Shown in pieces: positions 9,317 through 19,378 of a stretch of DNA of 64,000 bases (position 1 is the first letter of the stretch; each line of letters begins with the position of its first letter). This DNA is from Rubripirellula sp. (GTDB lineage Bacteria > Planctomycetota > Planctomycetia > Pirellulales > Pirellulaceae), in assembly GCA_965216875.1 (NCBI GenBank), contig OZ244207.1, positions 5,184,001-5,248,000 of the forward strand, written 5' to 3'. The position numbers were made by a program, and so were the translations under genes. A model generated the notes under the pieces. That model saw only the letters and a list, made by a program, of their open reading frames with translations. It had not been told where the DNA came from and made no database searches.

Positions 9317-10651
9317 CTAACGAAGTGACTGCAATTCCCGCACGAGTTGTTCGAGTTCTCGCATGGCCGGTTGCCCTTGCCGAACGGCATACTGGCCCGG
9401 TCTTGGGGTGTTTAACTTAAGTTCACCCTCGCCACCGAGTACGTTCCAACAGTCGGGCGCGACACAACACTCAACGACGTACCTCACCCGATTAGCATCT
9501 CGCATTGGCCCTTGGCGGATGGAGAACCGCTGCATGGCAAGATTCGACAATGCGTCCTCCTCGGTCATCACGACCAACTTCCCTGGTTGCTCCACCCAAG
9601 TGCAATCGTGCTGGCCGAGCACCAGATCAAGTGCATCTTTGACAGAGACGCCATTCAGATGGATGTCGATCGCATGCCGTTTGCTTTCCAAGTCAAGGCC
9701 CACATCACGAAGCCCAGCCGAGGGTTCAATGGTCAGATCTATCTGCTTACTGACGAACGCAAGGATGTCCGCAATCGGCGCGTTGTCCATTGAGATCGAA
9801 ATCGACTGCGTGTCGAACCGATGTCCGTATTGACGAGGGAGAGGTTGACGATTGAGGTCCCTGGCCAACTGGCGATGAACCTCGGGTGATTGTCGAATCA
9901 CATAAACGGAACCGAACGGTTGAACGACCCCAATGCCTCCCATGGACTCCCATGAATCAGGAGCAACTCGTCGCTCGATTTGCGTCTTGACACCATCGAA
10001 ATTGCGATTGGGTGTCGCAAAGCGATAAATCCGAGTCTCTACAAAACGGTTCTCCAAAGCCTCGTGGGACGTCAACACCAGCACGGTCTGCGTGGTGCAC
10101 CAAGACATATCGACCGCCGCGAGCGTTGCATCGAGCTGCTGAGCCAGGTTCTTGTGCCCAGCGGAAAGTGTGACAGGCGTGCGTACATTCAAGCCCAATC
10201 GATCGGCGGCTTTGACATCGACAAAGACGGGAAGCTGCAAGAGCTTGTGGAGCTCGCCGAGTGTCGTTTCTGCTGGCGTTAGAGGTGGTCCAGCAAGCTT
10301 CGAAGCGATCCGCTTATTTGTCGCACTCGGCGTCACACTCTTGGAGGTTTGACCGTTTCGTTTTCGAAGAAACGCGCGATCGGCAACGCTCAGCTTGTCG
10401 ATCGGTACCGAGATTCGCTTTCCCTGTTTCGTGCGCAAGGTAACCAAAGCACCATCGGACTCGAGAAGCTTGGCGACCACCGAGAAACTACCTGAAGCAT
10501 CACGCCAAATGCGCTCGTGTGATTCCTGTGCGATCGCTGTGGTCTGATTGAGCGAAACGCAACTGCCAACCACAATCAAGAAAGCGGCGACGGCGCTCAG
10601 TCTCGGTAGACGCCGAGTGCGGTAGTTCGTTCTGTTTGAAAACACTTGCAT
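9317..10651 (-). CDS. Exported SHD1-domain protein with two STN/secretin-N-like repeat modules
   Basis: Signal peptide ending AIA-Q; SHD1 signature RIWRDASGSFSVVAKL...VPIDKLSVADRAFL; two VAPD(S/C)W..GG.G repeats. Start at 10651 inferred (track start 10744). Confidence 0.75.
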   Translation of the reverse strand: MQVFSNRTNYRTRRLPRLSAVAAFLIVVGSCVSLNQTTAIAQESHERIWRDASGSFSVVAKLLESDGALVTLRTKQGKRISVPIDKLSVADRAFLRKRNGQTSKSVTPSATNKRIASKLAGPPLTPAETTLGELHKLLQLPVFVDVKAADRLGLNVRTPVTLSAGHKNLAQQLDATLAAVDMSWCTTQTVLVLTSHEALENRFVETRIYRFATPNRNFDGVKTQIERRVAPDSWESMGGIGVVQPFGSVYVIRQSPEVHRQLARDLNRQPLPRQYGHRFDTQSISISMDNAPIADILAFVSKQIDLTIEPSAGLRDVGLDLESKRHAIDIHLNGVSVKDALDLVLGQHDCTWVEQPGKLVVMTEEDALSNLAMQRFSIRQGPMRDANRVRYVVECCVAPDCWNVLGGEGELKLNTPRPGQYAVRQGQPAMRELEQLVRELQSLR

Positions 10652-10819
10652 GTTGATGACGAGCGTGAGTTCGAATGCGATCCATTGGGTGAACGGCTGT
10701 CGAGGCACATCGAGGCAGTCTGTTCTTGATCCACTTCCGCACATAGTTTCCTGAACCGAAGGGCGACGAACGCGACAGGTTTTCTTGCAAATTTTGCATC
10801 ACGGATTCAAAATGGCGAA

Positions 10820-11413
10820 ATGCCCGAGCAAGAAATACTTGAGTCGACCGCCACCGAGCCAAAATCAAATGCGGAAACCTCGCGAAATTGGCACGCACTA
10901 CTGGGTGAGTGGATCACCCAATCGTGTCGACATGGGTTTTCGAAATTCCCCCATCTAAGACGTTGGGAAATGACGGGCGATGTCGCGCAGTTGGCAACTC
11001 TTTCGCTGCTTGACGCCATTGATTCGAAGAAAGTGGACCCAACGTCGGACGAACACTTGCGACGAATCGTAACACTGCATGTGAAATGGACGTTCCTGAC
11101 CCTTTCTCGGCAGCATCGCCGGTCGATTCGATCGACACATGCAACGCCTTTCGTGGATGAAGCCAGACGCAGGCCAGAGGAATCACTGGCGGCAGAGTTC
11201 ACACCTTTGAAGCAGAGAGTCGATTGGCTGCAGTTTCACTTCGCCGTCGACGCGCTGCCCGATCTGCAGCGCGAGGTGTTTCGCAAGGTGTGGTACGACG
11301 AAATGAAAAAGTCGGAAATTGCCCTGCAACTTGAGATCAGCCTGCGAACCGTCCAGCGAAACTACCGACTTGCCTGCGAGCGACTCATGGGAACGTTGGG
11401 CGAATTCAGTTGA
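10820..11413 (+). CDS. ECF-type sigma-70 factor, kinase-associated type
   Basis: Region 2 RRWEMTGDVAQ; region 4 VDALPDLQREVF...SEIALQLEISLRTVQRNYRLA; followed by a Ser/Thr kinase gene. Confidence 0.85.
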   Translation: MPEQEILESTATEPKSNAETSRNWHALLGEWITQSCRHGFSKFPHLRRWEMTGDVAQLATLSLLDAIDSKKVDPTSDEHLRRIVTLHVKWTFLTLSRQHRRSIRSTHATPFVDEARRRPEESLAAEFTPLKQRVDWLQFHFAVDALPDLQREVFRKVWYDEMKKSEIALQLEISLRTVQRNYRLACERLMGTLGEFS

Positions 11414-11444
11414 CCAGCATTCACTAGTTGCTGCTTTTCCGCTG

Positions 11445-11521
11445 GTAGCTACGCTCGCCAATGTGCGGGGCAAAGCTGAGCGGCTTGCAAGAGAAATCCA
11501 CCCTCTGACATAGGTAGCTAG
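11445..11521. repeat. Degenerate inverted pair of GTAGCTAC-family REP units
   Basis: GTAGCTACGCTCGCCAATGTGCGG at 11445 and inverted CCACCCTCTGACATAGGTAGCTAG at 11498-11521, similar to GTAGCTACCTTCGCCAGAAGGTGG at 30446-30469. Confidence 0.6.
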
Positions 11522-11569
11522 TTGTCTTGCGGCTTGCGAAGCGATCTGAGCTGCGATTCAATTCATTGA

Positions 11570-14500
11570 ATGAGTGCGTCACAAGAAGACAATCCGAGTG
11601 AGCTGCAGGACCCGAAGGTGGGTGAACTGCTCGACGAGTTTCTGCTTGCTGAGGAATCAGGTACTCCCTTCACGCCGGAAGAACTCTGTGGTGACGACCT
11701 TGAGTTGCTCGCGGCTTTGCGCCGCGCGATTGACCGCCAGCGTCGCTTCGAAGCACTGAAAGACGATTCCGATCAGTTGCCCCTGGTTTATGGTGCCTAC
11801 GACGTTGTCGAAACTCTCGGCAAGGGTGGTTGCGGAACGGTTTTTCGAGCCAAGCATCGGCATCTGCAACGCGATGCAGCCGTGAAGGTTGTTGTGTTGT
11901 CGGAGAACAATCCTCTCGCGGAGGCACATTTCATTCGTGAGATCGAGGTTGTCAGAGAGTTCGAACACGATCGGGTTGCAACGATCTTTGACAGTGGAGT
12001 TCTTAACCATGGGACAACCACCATCGGCTGGCTAGCGATGGAGTACATGCCTGGTGGCCAGATCGACAAATATGTTTCGAACACCGGACGAACAGAACGA
12101 GACGTTCTTTCATTGATTCGGTCTGTCGTCTCAACCCTAAGAGATGCTCATCAGTCAGGGATTCTCCATCACGACATCAAGCCTGGAAACATATTGATGT
12201 CCGAGCATGGTGAGCCGCACCTTACCGACTTTGGTTTGGCGAGAATCGCCGGCAGCAATCCTTCCACGAATCTGGTCGGTCCCGTTGGTACACCTGGGTA
12301 CATTGCGCCCGAACTCAAAGACGGCAATCACCGCCCGGGAGTGACGTCCGAGATCTATAGCCTTGGGGTCGTGCTCGGCAAACTGCTGTGCCAATCGGCT
12401 AGTAGGGAAACAACTGTCGACCAAAAGCCAACTGCCGATGAATCCCCAACGGTCGTTGACAGCCAAACTGTCGACACCAGCGAACACTCGTCGCGCAAAC
12501 GAAAACAATATCGTGTCCCTGGCGGACGACGGTCGCGTGACCTCAATGCGGTCCTTGATCGGATGACTGCAGTGGTGCCAGAGCAGCGTTATTCATCGTT
12601 CGTTCAACTCTTGGCAGAGATCGACCGGCTCCTCGATGGTGATTTGGTTGCGGCTCGCCCCGTCTCATTGGCGGAAAAGGGGATCCGATGGATTCACCGC
12701 AATCCCTCTCGGGCACTTCTGTGGAGCTTCTTCGGAGCAACGCTGATAACGATCCTTGGGCTCGTCGTCGCCAACGTCGCTGCGCGGTATGACCACGCAC
12801 GAGAAGTCGACAAAAAGAATCACGCACTCCTGGCTCGGGAGGAGCAACTGCACAGGGCGACGGTGAGTTCGCGGCTCCGATCGATTCAGCCGCTTCTGAA
12901 TCACAATCGAATCGTAGTGCAGAAGCAACTCGAGGATGAAACACTCTTCCCGCCTGCGTTTCGGGGTTTTGCCTGGAATTACCTCCGCGCAGAAGCGGCG
13001 GTTGATACGTTCGACCTTTCAAATGTGGGCGAAGGATTCGAATCGATCCATCAGATCAAGTTTTCGCCCGATAACCGAAAACTTGCCGTCTGCAGCAAGC
13101 CGAATTGTCTTTCTCTAATCGACATATCAAACGGCCAGCGACAAATTGTCTCTCGTGCCGCTTGGCCCGTTGGGACGGTGCTATCGGCTCCTGGAATGGC
13201 AACGTTCTTCTGCCAGGAATCAAACGGAAACCTGCTTGAGGTTTCCTGGGAGTCTGGCGAGGTGATAAGACGCATCCCACTCCCCGCGCCGGTGAGAGCA
13301 AGAACCGCATTGAACTCGCAAGGCGATCGGGTTTATGGGCTCACGAAGCAAGGCCAGCCATTCAGGATGGACCTGGCATCGGAAGAAACGAAGCTTGGCA
13401 AGGATCACATCGAAGGAATTCCGGCTGGCCTGTGGCTGACACCCGACGACCAAGTCTTGCATTGCGTGACCCGACAAGGGCTCTGGCAAAGATGGAATGC
13501 AGATACACTCGAAGAAGTGCAACAGCAGAACCTTTTTGATTTCCTTCCCCCTGAATTCTTTCAGTTCAGTTCATCGGACGTGACGCTGAGGGCAGTCGAG
13601 GCGTGCTATGAAACGAGTTTCGGTCTTTGCATTGCATTGGGGTTTAACAATCGAATCACAACCGTCGTGTGGCCCGAATCGAAGCGCAGCTATTCAGTGA
13701 TGGCTCGCTCTTCAATCCTAACGAACCATTTTGCCTTCCGACCGAGTTTCCAATGTGTTGTTCCGGACGGAAAGGGCGGGCTCTTGTTCTCCGTCTTCGA
13801 CTCAAGAGATCAGCAGGCGATCGGCCCAGTGACGGACAGCGTCATTGCTGCAGCCGTTTCGACCGATCAGACGTGGATCGCGACCGGGGGAAGCAAGGGA
13901 AAGCTCTTCGTGAGGCGATTCCTCAATGCGTCCGAAAGAGCGATGAAAATGCACACGTTCCGAGGAGAGGATCTTGGATTCGGACCTCCGGTGCGAACGA
14001 TTCCATTAGGATCGTCTGGTGAAACGCTTGTCTGTCATCGTGAAGGTTGGTGTGCGGTGATCAATACCGACACGGGCCAAATGCTCGAAGGGTTTCAGAT
14101 GAACGAATCCCAGTTTTCGACGAGTGCTCATGCGGCAAAGAGCGAGTTGGTTGCACTTGGTTTTCGTGAACCCAACAGCCGGATCGTGGCGCTGCAAATC
14201 GAAGGTGGTCGACTCTGCCAAGGGCAACCATCGTCACCGCGACAATCGTCCCCTGAAACACCTTTATTCCTTCCGCCAAAGCCATTGTTTGAGATTGATT
14301 GTGATGCGAACGTTACTGCGGTGTCTTTCACCAAGAACGAAAACGATCTAGTCGTTGCCCTGCGTAACGGCGACTTATTCACGGTCGACGTTGCTTCCGG
14401 AAGAATCGTGCGACGTTGGAACAAGTTCAATGCCTCATCGGCTTGCCTTTCGATGTCGGCAATCGGCGAGGACATGCTGTGCGGGTGCGCCGATGGTTGG

Positions 14501-14962
14501 ATTCACCGACTTGACATCAATAACGGAACGATCAGAAATTCGTGGAAAGCCGGGAACAGCCGCGTCTATTCGCTGGTCACGATTCGGGATGCTTCCCGAA
14601 TCGTCAGCGGGATGGCATCCGGAGCCATGCGAGTTTTTGACACGCAAGGCACGCTGCTCGGACAAATGTCGGGGCACCAGGGGCGAGTCGTTTCGTTGGC
14701 AGTCAGCTCAGACGGCCAAACACTGGCCAGCGGAAGTGCGGATCGCAAGATCGCGATCTGGGACACGCTGAGTGGCGAGATGCAACTGCTGCTCGAACGC
14801 CATACCGACTCCGTAACGGATTTGTGTTTTCACGGTGATGCCAGCGAACTTTGGTCGACATCCGTAGACGGGGCGATCTACAGGTGGACCGTTCACAACG
14901 CGGCTTCAAAGGGGCACGCCCGTTTGTTGCAAGACGCTGATCATCCGCAACCCGATGGATAA
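11570..14962 (+). CDS. Hanks-type Ser/Thr kinase with a TM helix and WD40 propeller(s)
   Basis: GKGGCGTV, AAVK, HHDIKPGN, TDFGLAR, GTPGYIAPE; hydrophobic segment; WD repeats such as GHQGRVVSLAVSSDGQTLASGSADRKIAIWD. Confidence 0.92.
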   Translation: MSASQEDNPSELQDPKVGELLDEFLLAEESGTPFTPEELCGDDLELLAALRRAIDRQRRFEALKDDSDQLPLVYGAYDVVETLGKGGCGTVFRAKHRHLQRDAAVKVVVLSENNPLAEAHFIREIEVVREFEHDRVATIFDSGVLNHGTTTIGWLAMEYMPGGQIDKYVSNTGRTERDVLSLIRSVVSTLRDAHQSGILHHDIKPGNILMSEHGEPHLTDFGLARIAGSNPSTNLVGPVGTPGYIAPELKDGNHRPGVTSEIYSLGVVLGKLLCQSASRETTVDQKPTADESPTVVDSQTVDTSEHSSRKRKQYRVPGGRRSRDLNAVLDRMTAVVPEQRYSSFVQLLAEIDRLLDGDLVAARPVSLAEKGIRWIHRNPSRALLWSFFGATLITILGLVVANVAARYDHAREVDKKNHALLAREEQLHRATVSSRLRSIQPLLNHNRIVVQKQLEDETLFPPAFRGFAWNYLRAEAAVDTFDLSNVGEGFESIHQIKFSPDNRKLAVCSKPNCLSLIDISNGQRQIVSRAAWPVGTVLSAPGMATFFCQESNGNLLEVSWESGEVIRRIPLPAPVRARTALNSQGDRVYGLTKQGQPFRMDLASEETKLGKDHIEGIPAGLWLTPDDQVLHCVTRQGLWQRWNADTLEEVQQQNLFDFLPPEFFQFSSSDVTLRAVEACYETSFGLCIALGFNNRITTVVWPESKRSYSVMARSSILTNHFAFRPSFQCVVPDGKGGLLFSVFDSRDQQAIGPVTDSVIAAAVSTDQTWIATGGSKGKLFVRRFLNASERAMKMHTFRGEDLGFGPPVRTIPLGSSGETLVCHREGWCAVINTDTGQMLEGFQMNESQFSTSAHAAKSELVALGFREPNSRIVALQIEGGRLCQGQPSSPRQSSPETPLFLPPKPLFEIDCDANVTAVSFTKNENDLVVALRNGDLFTVDVASGRIVRRWNKFNASSACLSMSAIGEDMLCGCADGWIHRLDINNGTIRNSWKAGNSRVYSLVTIRDASRIVSGMASGAMRVFDTQGTLLGQMSGHQGRVVSLAVSSDGQTLASGSADRKIAIWDTLSGEMQLLLERHTDSVTDLCFHGDASELWSTSVDGAIYRWTVHNAASKGHARLLQDADHPQPDG

Positions 14963-15052
14963 CGACAGGTCGTTTGGCCAACACCGTTAGCACGCGCGGT
15001 ATTGGTGAACTCCGTTTGCCTTTTCTTTCATCAACACACAGAATCGAGTGTC

Positions 15053-15685
15053 ATGAGCAGCGAGCCATCAGACGAATCGATCGACTTCCCCGCGTTTCTC
15101 GCGCGTTTGGAGGCGGGTGATTCCGACGCGACGAAAAAGCTATTTGACGATTACTCGCGCAAGCTCATTCAACTCGCTGCGAACAACATCCATCCCGCCC
15201 TATTGAAACGCTTCGATGGTGAGGATGTGGTCCAGTCCGTCTTTCGAAGTTTCTATCGGCGCCAGGAGGAAGGCAAGTTCCAGATTGAACATTCACAGCA
15301 ACTTTGGCAGTTGTTGGTGACGTTGACGTTGTGCAAGACGCGATCGCACGCACGAAAACACACGGCCGAGCAACGGGATGCAACCGCTGACCAAGCGCTC
15401 GCGCATGAGAATCAGATACTTGCTCAACAGCCATCTTCAGTCGAAGCGATCGCCCTGTGGGAAGAAATCAGCGTGGTCCTCGACGGACTTCCGGAACGCA
15501 CTGCGGAGATCATTTCGATGCGTTTGGAAGGGAGGACAAGGTCAGAGATCGCGAGCCAACTCGACCTGTCACGACAATCGATTCATCGGATTTTGAAACT
15601 GGTCCAGGAGCGTTTGGAAAAGCGTTTTGACCGGTTTTCGTCGCCAGGAACGGAAAACTCAAAAAATCCGACGGAATCTGATTGA
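15053..15685 (+). CDS. ECF-type sigma-70 factor, kinase-associated type
   Basis: RFDGEDVVQSVFRSFYRR, LWQLLVTLTLCK, region 4 RSEIASQLDLSRQSIHRILK. ATG at 15053 preferred. Confidence 0.9.
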   Translation: MSSEPSDESIDFPAFLARLEAGDSDATKKLFDDYSRKLIQLAANNIHPALLKRFDGEDVVQSVFRSFYRRQEEGKFQIEHSQQLWQLLVTLTLCKTRSHARKHTAEQRDATADQALAHENQILAQQPSSVEAIALWEEISVVLDGLPERTAEIISMRLEGRTRSEIASQLDLSRQSIHRILKLVQERLEKRFDRFSSPGTENSKNPTESD

Positions 15686-15769
15686 CACTTTTCGTCGCCA
15701 TCGCGATGAGTCCGTTAGAACGAGAATCGATCAAAAACCCTCTCACTCGCACTAGCGACGGGAGCCCTC

Positions 15770-18700
15770 ATGTCATCCCCTGATCCGCTGGCCGTCCTCG
15801 AGATTGCGGCACGTAATGAACTCGAGTTGATGCTGCTGGAGTTTGATGAATCGTGGAAACAAGACTCACTCGATCAGTATGGCGAACGACTCGTTTCACA
15901 CCCCGACAAGAATTATCAGAGTCTCGCCCTGGCCGAATTGGTGAAGATCGACCTACAGCGATGCTGGGCGACGGGAAATGGGCGACTGATCGAGGAATAC
16001 TTGCGTCAGTTCCCGCTGCTGGGAAACGCCGAGTCGATCAGCGTCGATTTGATTGCTGCGGAATATGACGCCAGAAACGGTATCGACCCGAACTTTTCCT
16101 TGGCCAGCTATGAGCCGCGATTCCCCAAACAGTTCGAACAAGTCGAGCAACTCGCAGCCCGCCCCATGGACTCGGGCGCAACGGCATCAACACCAACAAA
16201 ACATGCCGCGGAACTACAAGCATCAATCGACACCAGCCGTATCGAGCAAATTCTTGATACGAAAGATGGCAAGCGTGGCGACAGACTTGACGAGCTTCCG
16301 ATTGAATTTGGGCGTTATCGAATTCTAAAGGAACTCGGCGCGGGAGCGATGGGTAAGGTCTACCTAGCTCACGACAGCCAACTTGATCGCCAGGTCGCGC
16401 TGAAGACTCCCAGTTTCAGCGGCTCCGATAATGATGACTTGGTGACTCGGTTTTACCGCGAAGCCCGCGCAGCGGCCAAGTTACAACATCGCAACATCTG
16501 TCCAATCTACGACGTTGGCGAAATCGACGGACGGCATTTTATTTCAATGGCCTTTGTCAAAGGCCGTTGCATGTCCGACTTCATCGGACTCGACAAACTG
16601 CCGCCGCAGCGAACCTCAGCAATCCTCGTCCAACGACTCGCCGTTGCGTTGAGCGAGGCACACAAGCACAACGTCATTCACCGTGACTTGAAACCAGCCA
16701 ACATCATGATCGATCTGAAAAAAGAACCGATCGTGATGGATTTCGGGTTGGCCCGGCAAACGGACGTCGAAAGCCGCGTAACGCAAAGCGGAATGGCTGT
16801 CGGCACACCCGCCTACATGTCGCCCGAACAAGTGCGAGGAGAGTTGGACGAAGTTGGCGCCGGAGCTGACATCTATGCGCTCGGCGTGATCTTGTACGAA
16901 CTGCTAACCGGTCGCCTGCCCTTTCGTGGGCCCATCGCCAAAGTTGTTTATGGGATCGTGAATGAAGAGCCGCCCCCTCCATCGTCCATTCGGAAAGAGA
17001 TCGATTCCGAACTCGAATCGATCTGTGCCAAGATGATGGCCAAGGACAGTGCGGTTCGTTTCCAGTCGATGGACGATGTCGCTCACGCATTGAAGACCTA
17101 TGTTCGGGGCGGCAAAGAAACCGGAAAACCGAAAGCCTCATTGACAGCTAACGATACCGATTCCCCGTCTTCAACATCGAGCTCGGAAACGCTGACCGAA
17201 ACGGGAGCTTTGAACGCTTTCTTTGCGGCCCATGCAGAAGCAACGGCAAGCGGCACACAGATCGAACCCTCGCGTCCCTTGGTTCGCACCGAAGATCCAA
17301 AACCAGAGCCCCCGTCAGCGCGAACAAGCCCCTCGCGAAACGGCAACGGTCGCCGCCCACGCGGGCTTTTCATCGCCACCGGTTTTGCGGGCGGCTTTTT
17401 GCTTCTTCTTGGTGTTGTGATCTACTTCAAGGGTGGCAAGATCGAATTGGATGATGACTCCGACGCAGTCGTCCACGTCGACCCGCATGGCAACGTCGCC
17501 GTGGAAAAAGGACGCAGTGTTGACTCCTCGCAGTCAAAGACGGTGCCCCACACCCAATCTCCGCTGGTAACGACCACCCCAACGAACGTGGATTCGAAGA
17601 TTGACCTCGAGCCTGGTTTTGTTCCGCTGTTCAACGCCAACAACTTGGACGGCTGGAACGGTTTGGCCGATCGCTGGGACATTCGCGACGGCGAGATCCA
17701 AGGCACAGCACCCGCAGGAATCAAGCTGAAATCGAATACGGTGCTTTGCAGCGAAAAAGAGTATGAGAACTTTGAACTTCGATTCGAATCAATGCTCTCG
17801 GGTGACGCTCGTAAAGATGGGCCCAACAGCGGCGTTCAGTTTCGCAGCGAGCTCGTCAACCGAACCGAGTACAGGGTCGCTGGTCCGCAACTTGACATTG
17901 GTGGTCGCTTTTGGGCAGGCCTTTGGGGCGAAGGTACGACGGGATTGATGTATCAGTCCAACCAAGCCTTGGTCGCCAGTGTCGCTGATGCTCGCGATTG
18001 GAATCGCTATCGGTTGCGTGTCGAAGGCGATCGAGTGACCATTCACCTTAACGAGACGCAAATCGTTGACAAGTCGTTTGCGGGGATGCCTAAGTCCGGG
18101 ATGATCGGATTTCAACTGCACCGCGGCAAAGTCATGACTGTGCGGTTTCGTAATGTGCGAATCAAGGAGTTGGAAGCGAAATCATCCGTGGAGCCATCCG
18201 CGATTGAACCCCCAAACACGCTTCAAGCTGCGGCTCGTCCTTTGGTCGATCGCAAGATCGAGCTTTTGAATGAGTGGGCGCACGGTGGCCAGGATTCACC
18301 CGATTGGCACTTGGCAAGTCTTTCGCCCGACGGCCGTCGCGTTGCTTTTCGCTTCGGCGACGGGCCGCTGCAAATTTCCAACACGGACTCAGCGGAAAGA
18401 CTCGACATTCCTGCGGAAATGCAAGACGCAATCTCACTCGCTTTTTCATCCGATGGGCGTTTGATCGCTACCGGACACGGCAACAAAAAGATTCGGCTCT
18501 GGGACGCCCATTCATTCGCCCCGGTCGGCGAACCGTTCGAATCGCCGATCGAGCAGAAGGTGTTATGGGTGCACCTATCCGCGGACGGAACGAAGCTGAT
18601 CGCGATGGGCAATGATCACGACAAGCTCCGACAGAAGTCGACGTTTCACACGTGGGAGATTGAATCGCGAAAGTTGATCAGCCGGTTTCAAGTGAACATC

Positions 18701-19261
18701 GATACTCAACGCTGGGCCACAAGCGTCGATGCCTCGGCCGATGGCACTCTGGTCGCCGTCATTGGTCATCGCGCTGGCCCAACACTCTGGAACACGACAA
18801 CCGGCAAACAAGTTCCCGTCGATTTTGAGTTTGATTCTCGAGTTGCGAGCATGATGCGGATCACCGGAATGGATCTTTCCAGTGATGGATCGCGATTGGC
18901 ATACGGGACACTCTGGGGTGGCCCTTCTTACGCAGCAGTCTTGGATACAGCAACGGGTAAGGAGATCTGGAATAGCGGTAGGCAAAATGGCCGTGTTCAC
19001 TGTGTGCAATTCTCAAGCAATGGCAAACGGCTGGCTACAACGGCAGGGCGTTCCAAGGCACATCAAGTGAGCTTGTGGGAGGTCGCCACAGGAGACGAAA
19101 TCGAACGTTGGGAATACCAATACGATTCGGACACCGATAAAGCGTCGATAGTCAAGTTCCTATCATTCGCGAATGACGAATCCAAACTGCTGCTCGCTGG
19201 TGGATACATGCCGGTCGTCGTGTGGAGCCTCTTCAACAACGCGACCGAGAAGCCACAGTAG
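15770..19261 (+). CDS. Ser/Thr kinase with a TM helix, DUF1080 (3-keto-disaccharide hydrolase-like) domain and WD40 repeats
   Basis: LGAGAMGKV, VALK, HRDLKPAN, MDFGLAR, GTPAYMSPE; TM; PLFNANNLDGW...NSGVQFR...GMIGFQLH...VRFRNVRIKEL; WD repeats. Confidence 0.93.
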   Translation: MSSPDPLAVLEIAARNELELMLLEFDESWKQDSLDQYGERLVSHPDKNYQSLALAELVKIDLQRCWATGNGRLIEEYLRQFPLLGNAESISVDLIAAEYDARNGIDPNFSLASYEPRFPKQFEQVEQLAARPMDSGATASTPTKHAAELQASIDTSRIEQILDTKDGKRGDRLDELPIEFGRYRILKELGAGAMGKVYLAHDSQLDRQVALKTPSFSGSDNDDLVTRFYREARAAAKLQHRNICPIYDVGEIDGRHFISMAFVKGRCMSDFIGLDKLPPQRTSAILVQRLAVALSEAHKHNVIHRDLKPANIMIDLKKEPIVMDFGLARQTDVESRVTQSGMAVGTPAYMSPEQVRGELDEVGAGADIYALGVILYELLTGRLPFRGPIAKVVYGIVNEEPPPPSSIRKEIDSELESICAKMMAKDSAVRFQSMDDVAHALKTYVRGGKETGKPKASLTANDTDSPSSTSSSETLTETGALNAFFAAHAEATASGTQIEPSRPLVRTEDPKPEPPSARTSPSRNGNGRRPRGLFIATGFAGGFLLLLGVVIYFKGGKIELDDDSDAVVHVDPHGNVAVEKGRSVDSSQSKTVPHTQSPLVTTTPTNVDSKIDLEPGFVPLFNANNLDGWNGLADRWDIRDGEIQGTAPAGIKLKSNTVLCSEKEYENFELRFESMLSGDARKDGPNSGVQFRSELVNRTEYRVAGPQLDIGGRFWAGLWGEGTTGLMYQSNQALVASVADARDWNRYRLRVEGDRVTIHLNETQIVDKSFAGMPKSGMIGFQLHRGKVMTVRFRNVRIKELEAKSSVEPSAIEPPNTLQAAARPLVDRKIELLNEWAHGGQDSPDWHLASLSPDGRRVAFRFGDGPLQISNTDSAERLDIPAEMQDAISLAFSSDGRLIATGHGNKKIRLWDAHSFAPVGEPFESPIEQKVLWVHLSADGTKLIAMGNDHDKLRQKSTFHTWEIESRKLISRFQVNIDTQRWATSVDASADGTLVAVIGHRAGPTLWNTTTGKQVPVDFEFDSRVASMMRITGMDLSSDGSRLAYGTLWGGPSYAAVLDTATGKEIWNSGRQNGRVHCVQFSSNGKRLATTAGRSKAHQVSLWEVATGDEIERWEYQYDSDTDKASIVKFLSFANDESKLLLAGGYMPVVVWSLFNNATEKPQ

Positions 19262-19378
19262 ACCAAGAGCACGACCTTGAACGGGGCGGTGCGGCGCTGA
19301 TTCCTTGAACGTCGCCCCCTCGGACAACCAACGAAAAAACGAACGTTGCTGGCGAACGATTTAACGATTGGAACAGTG

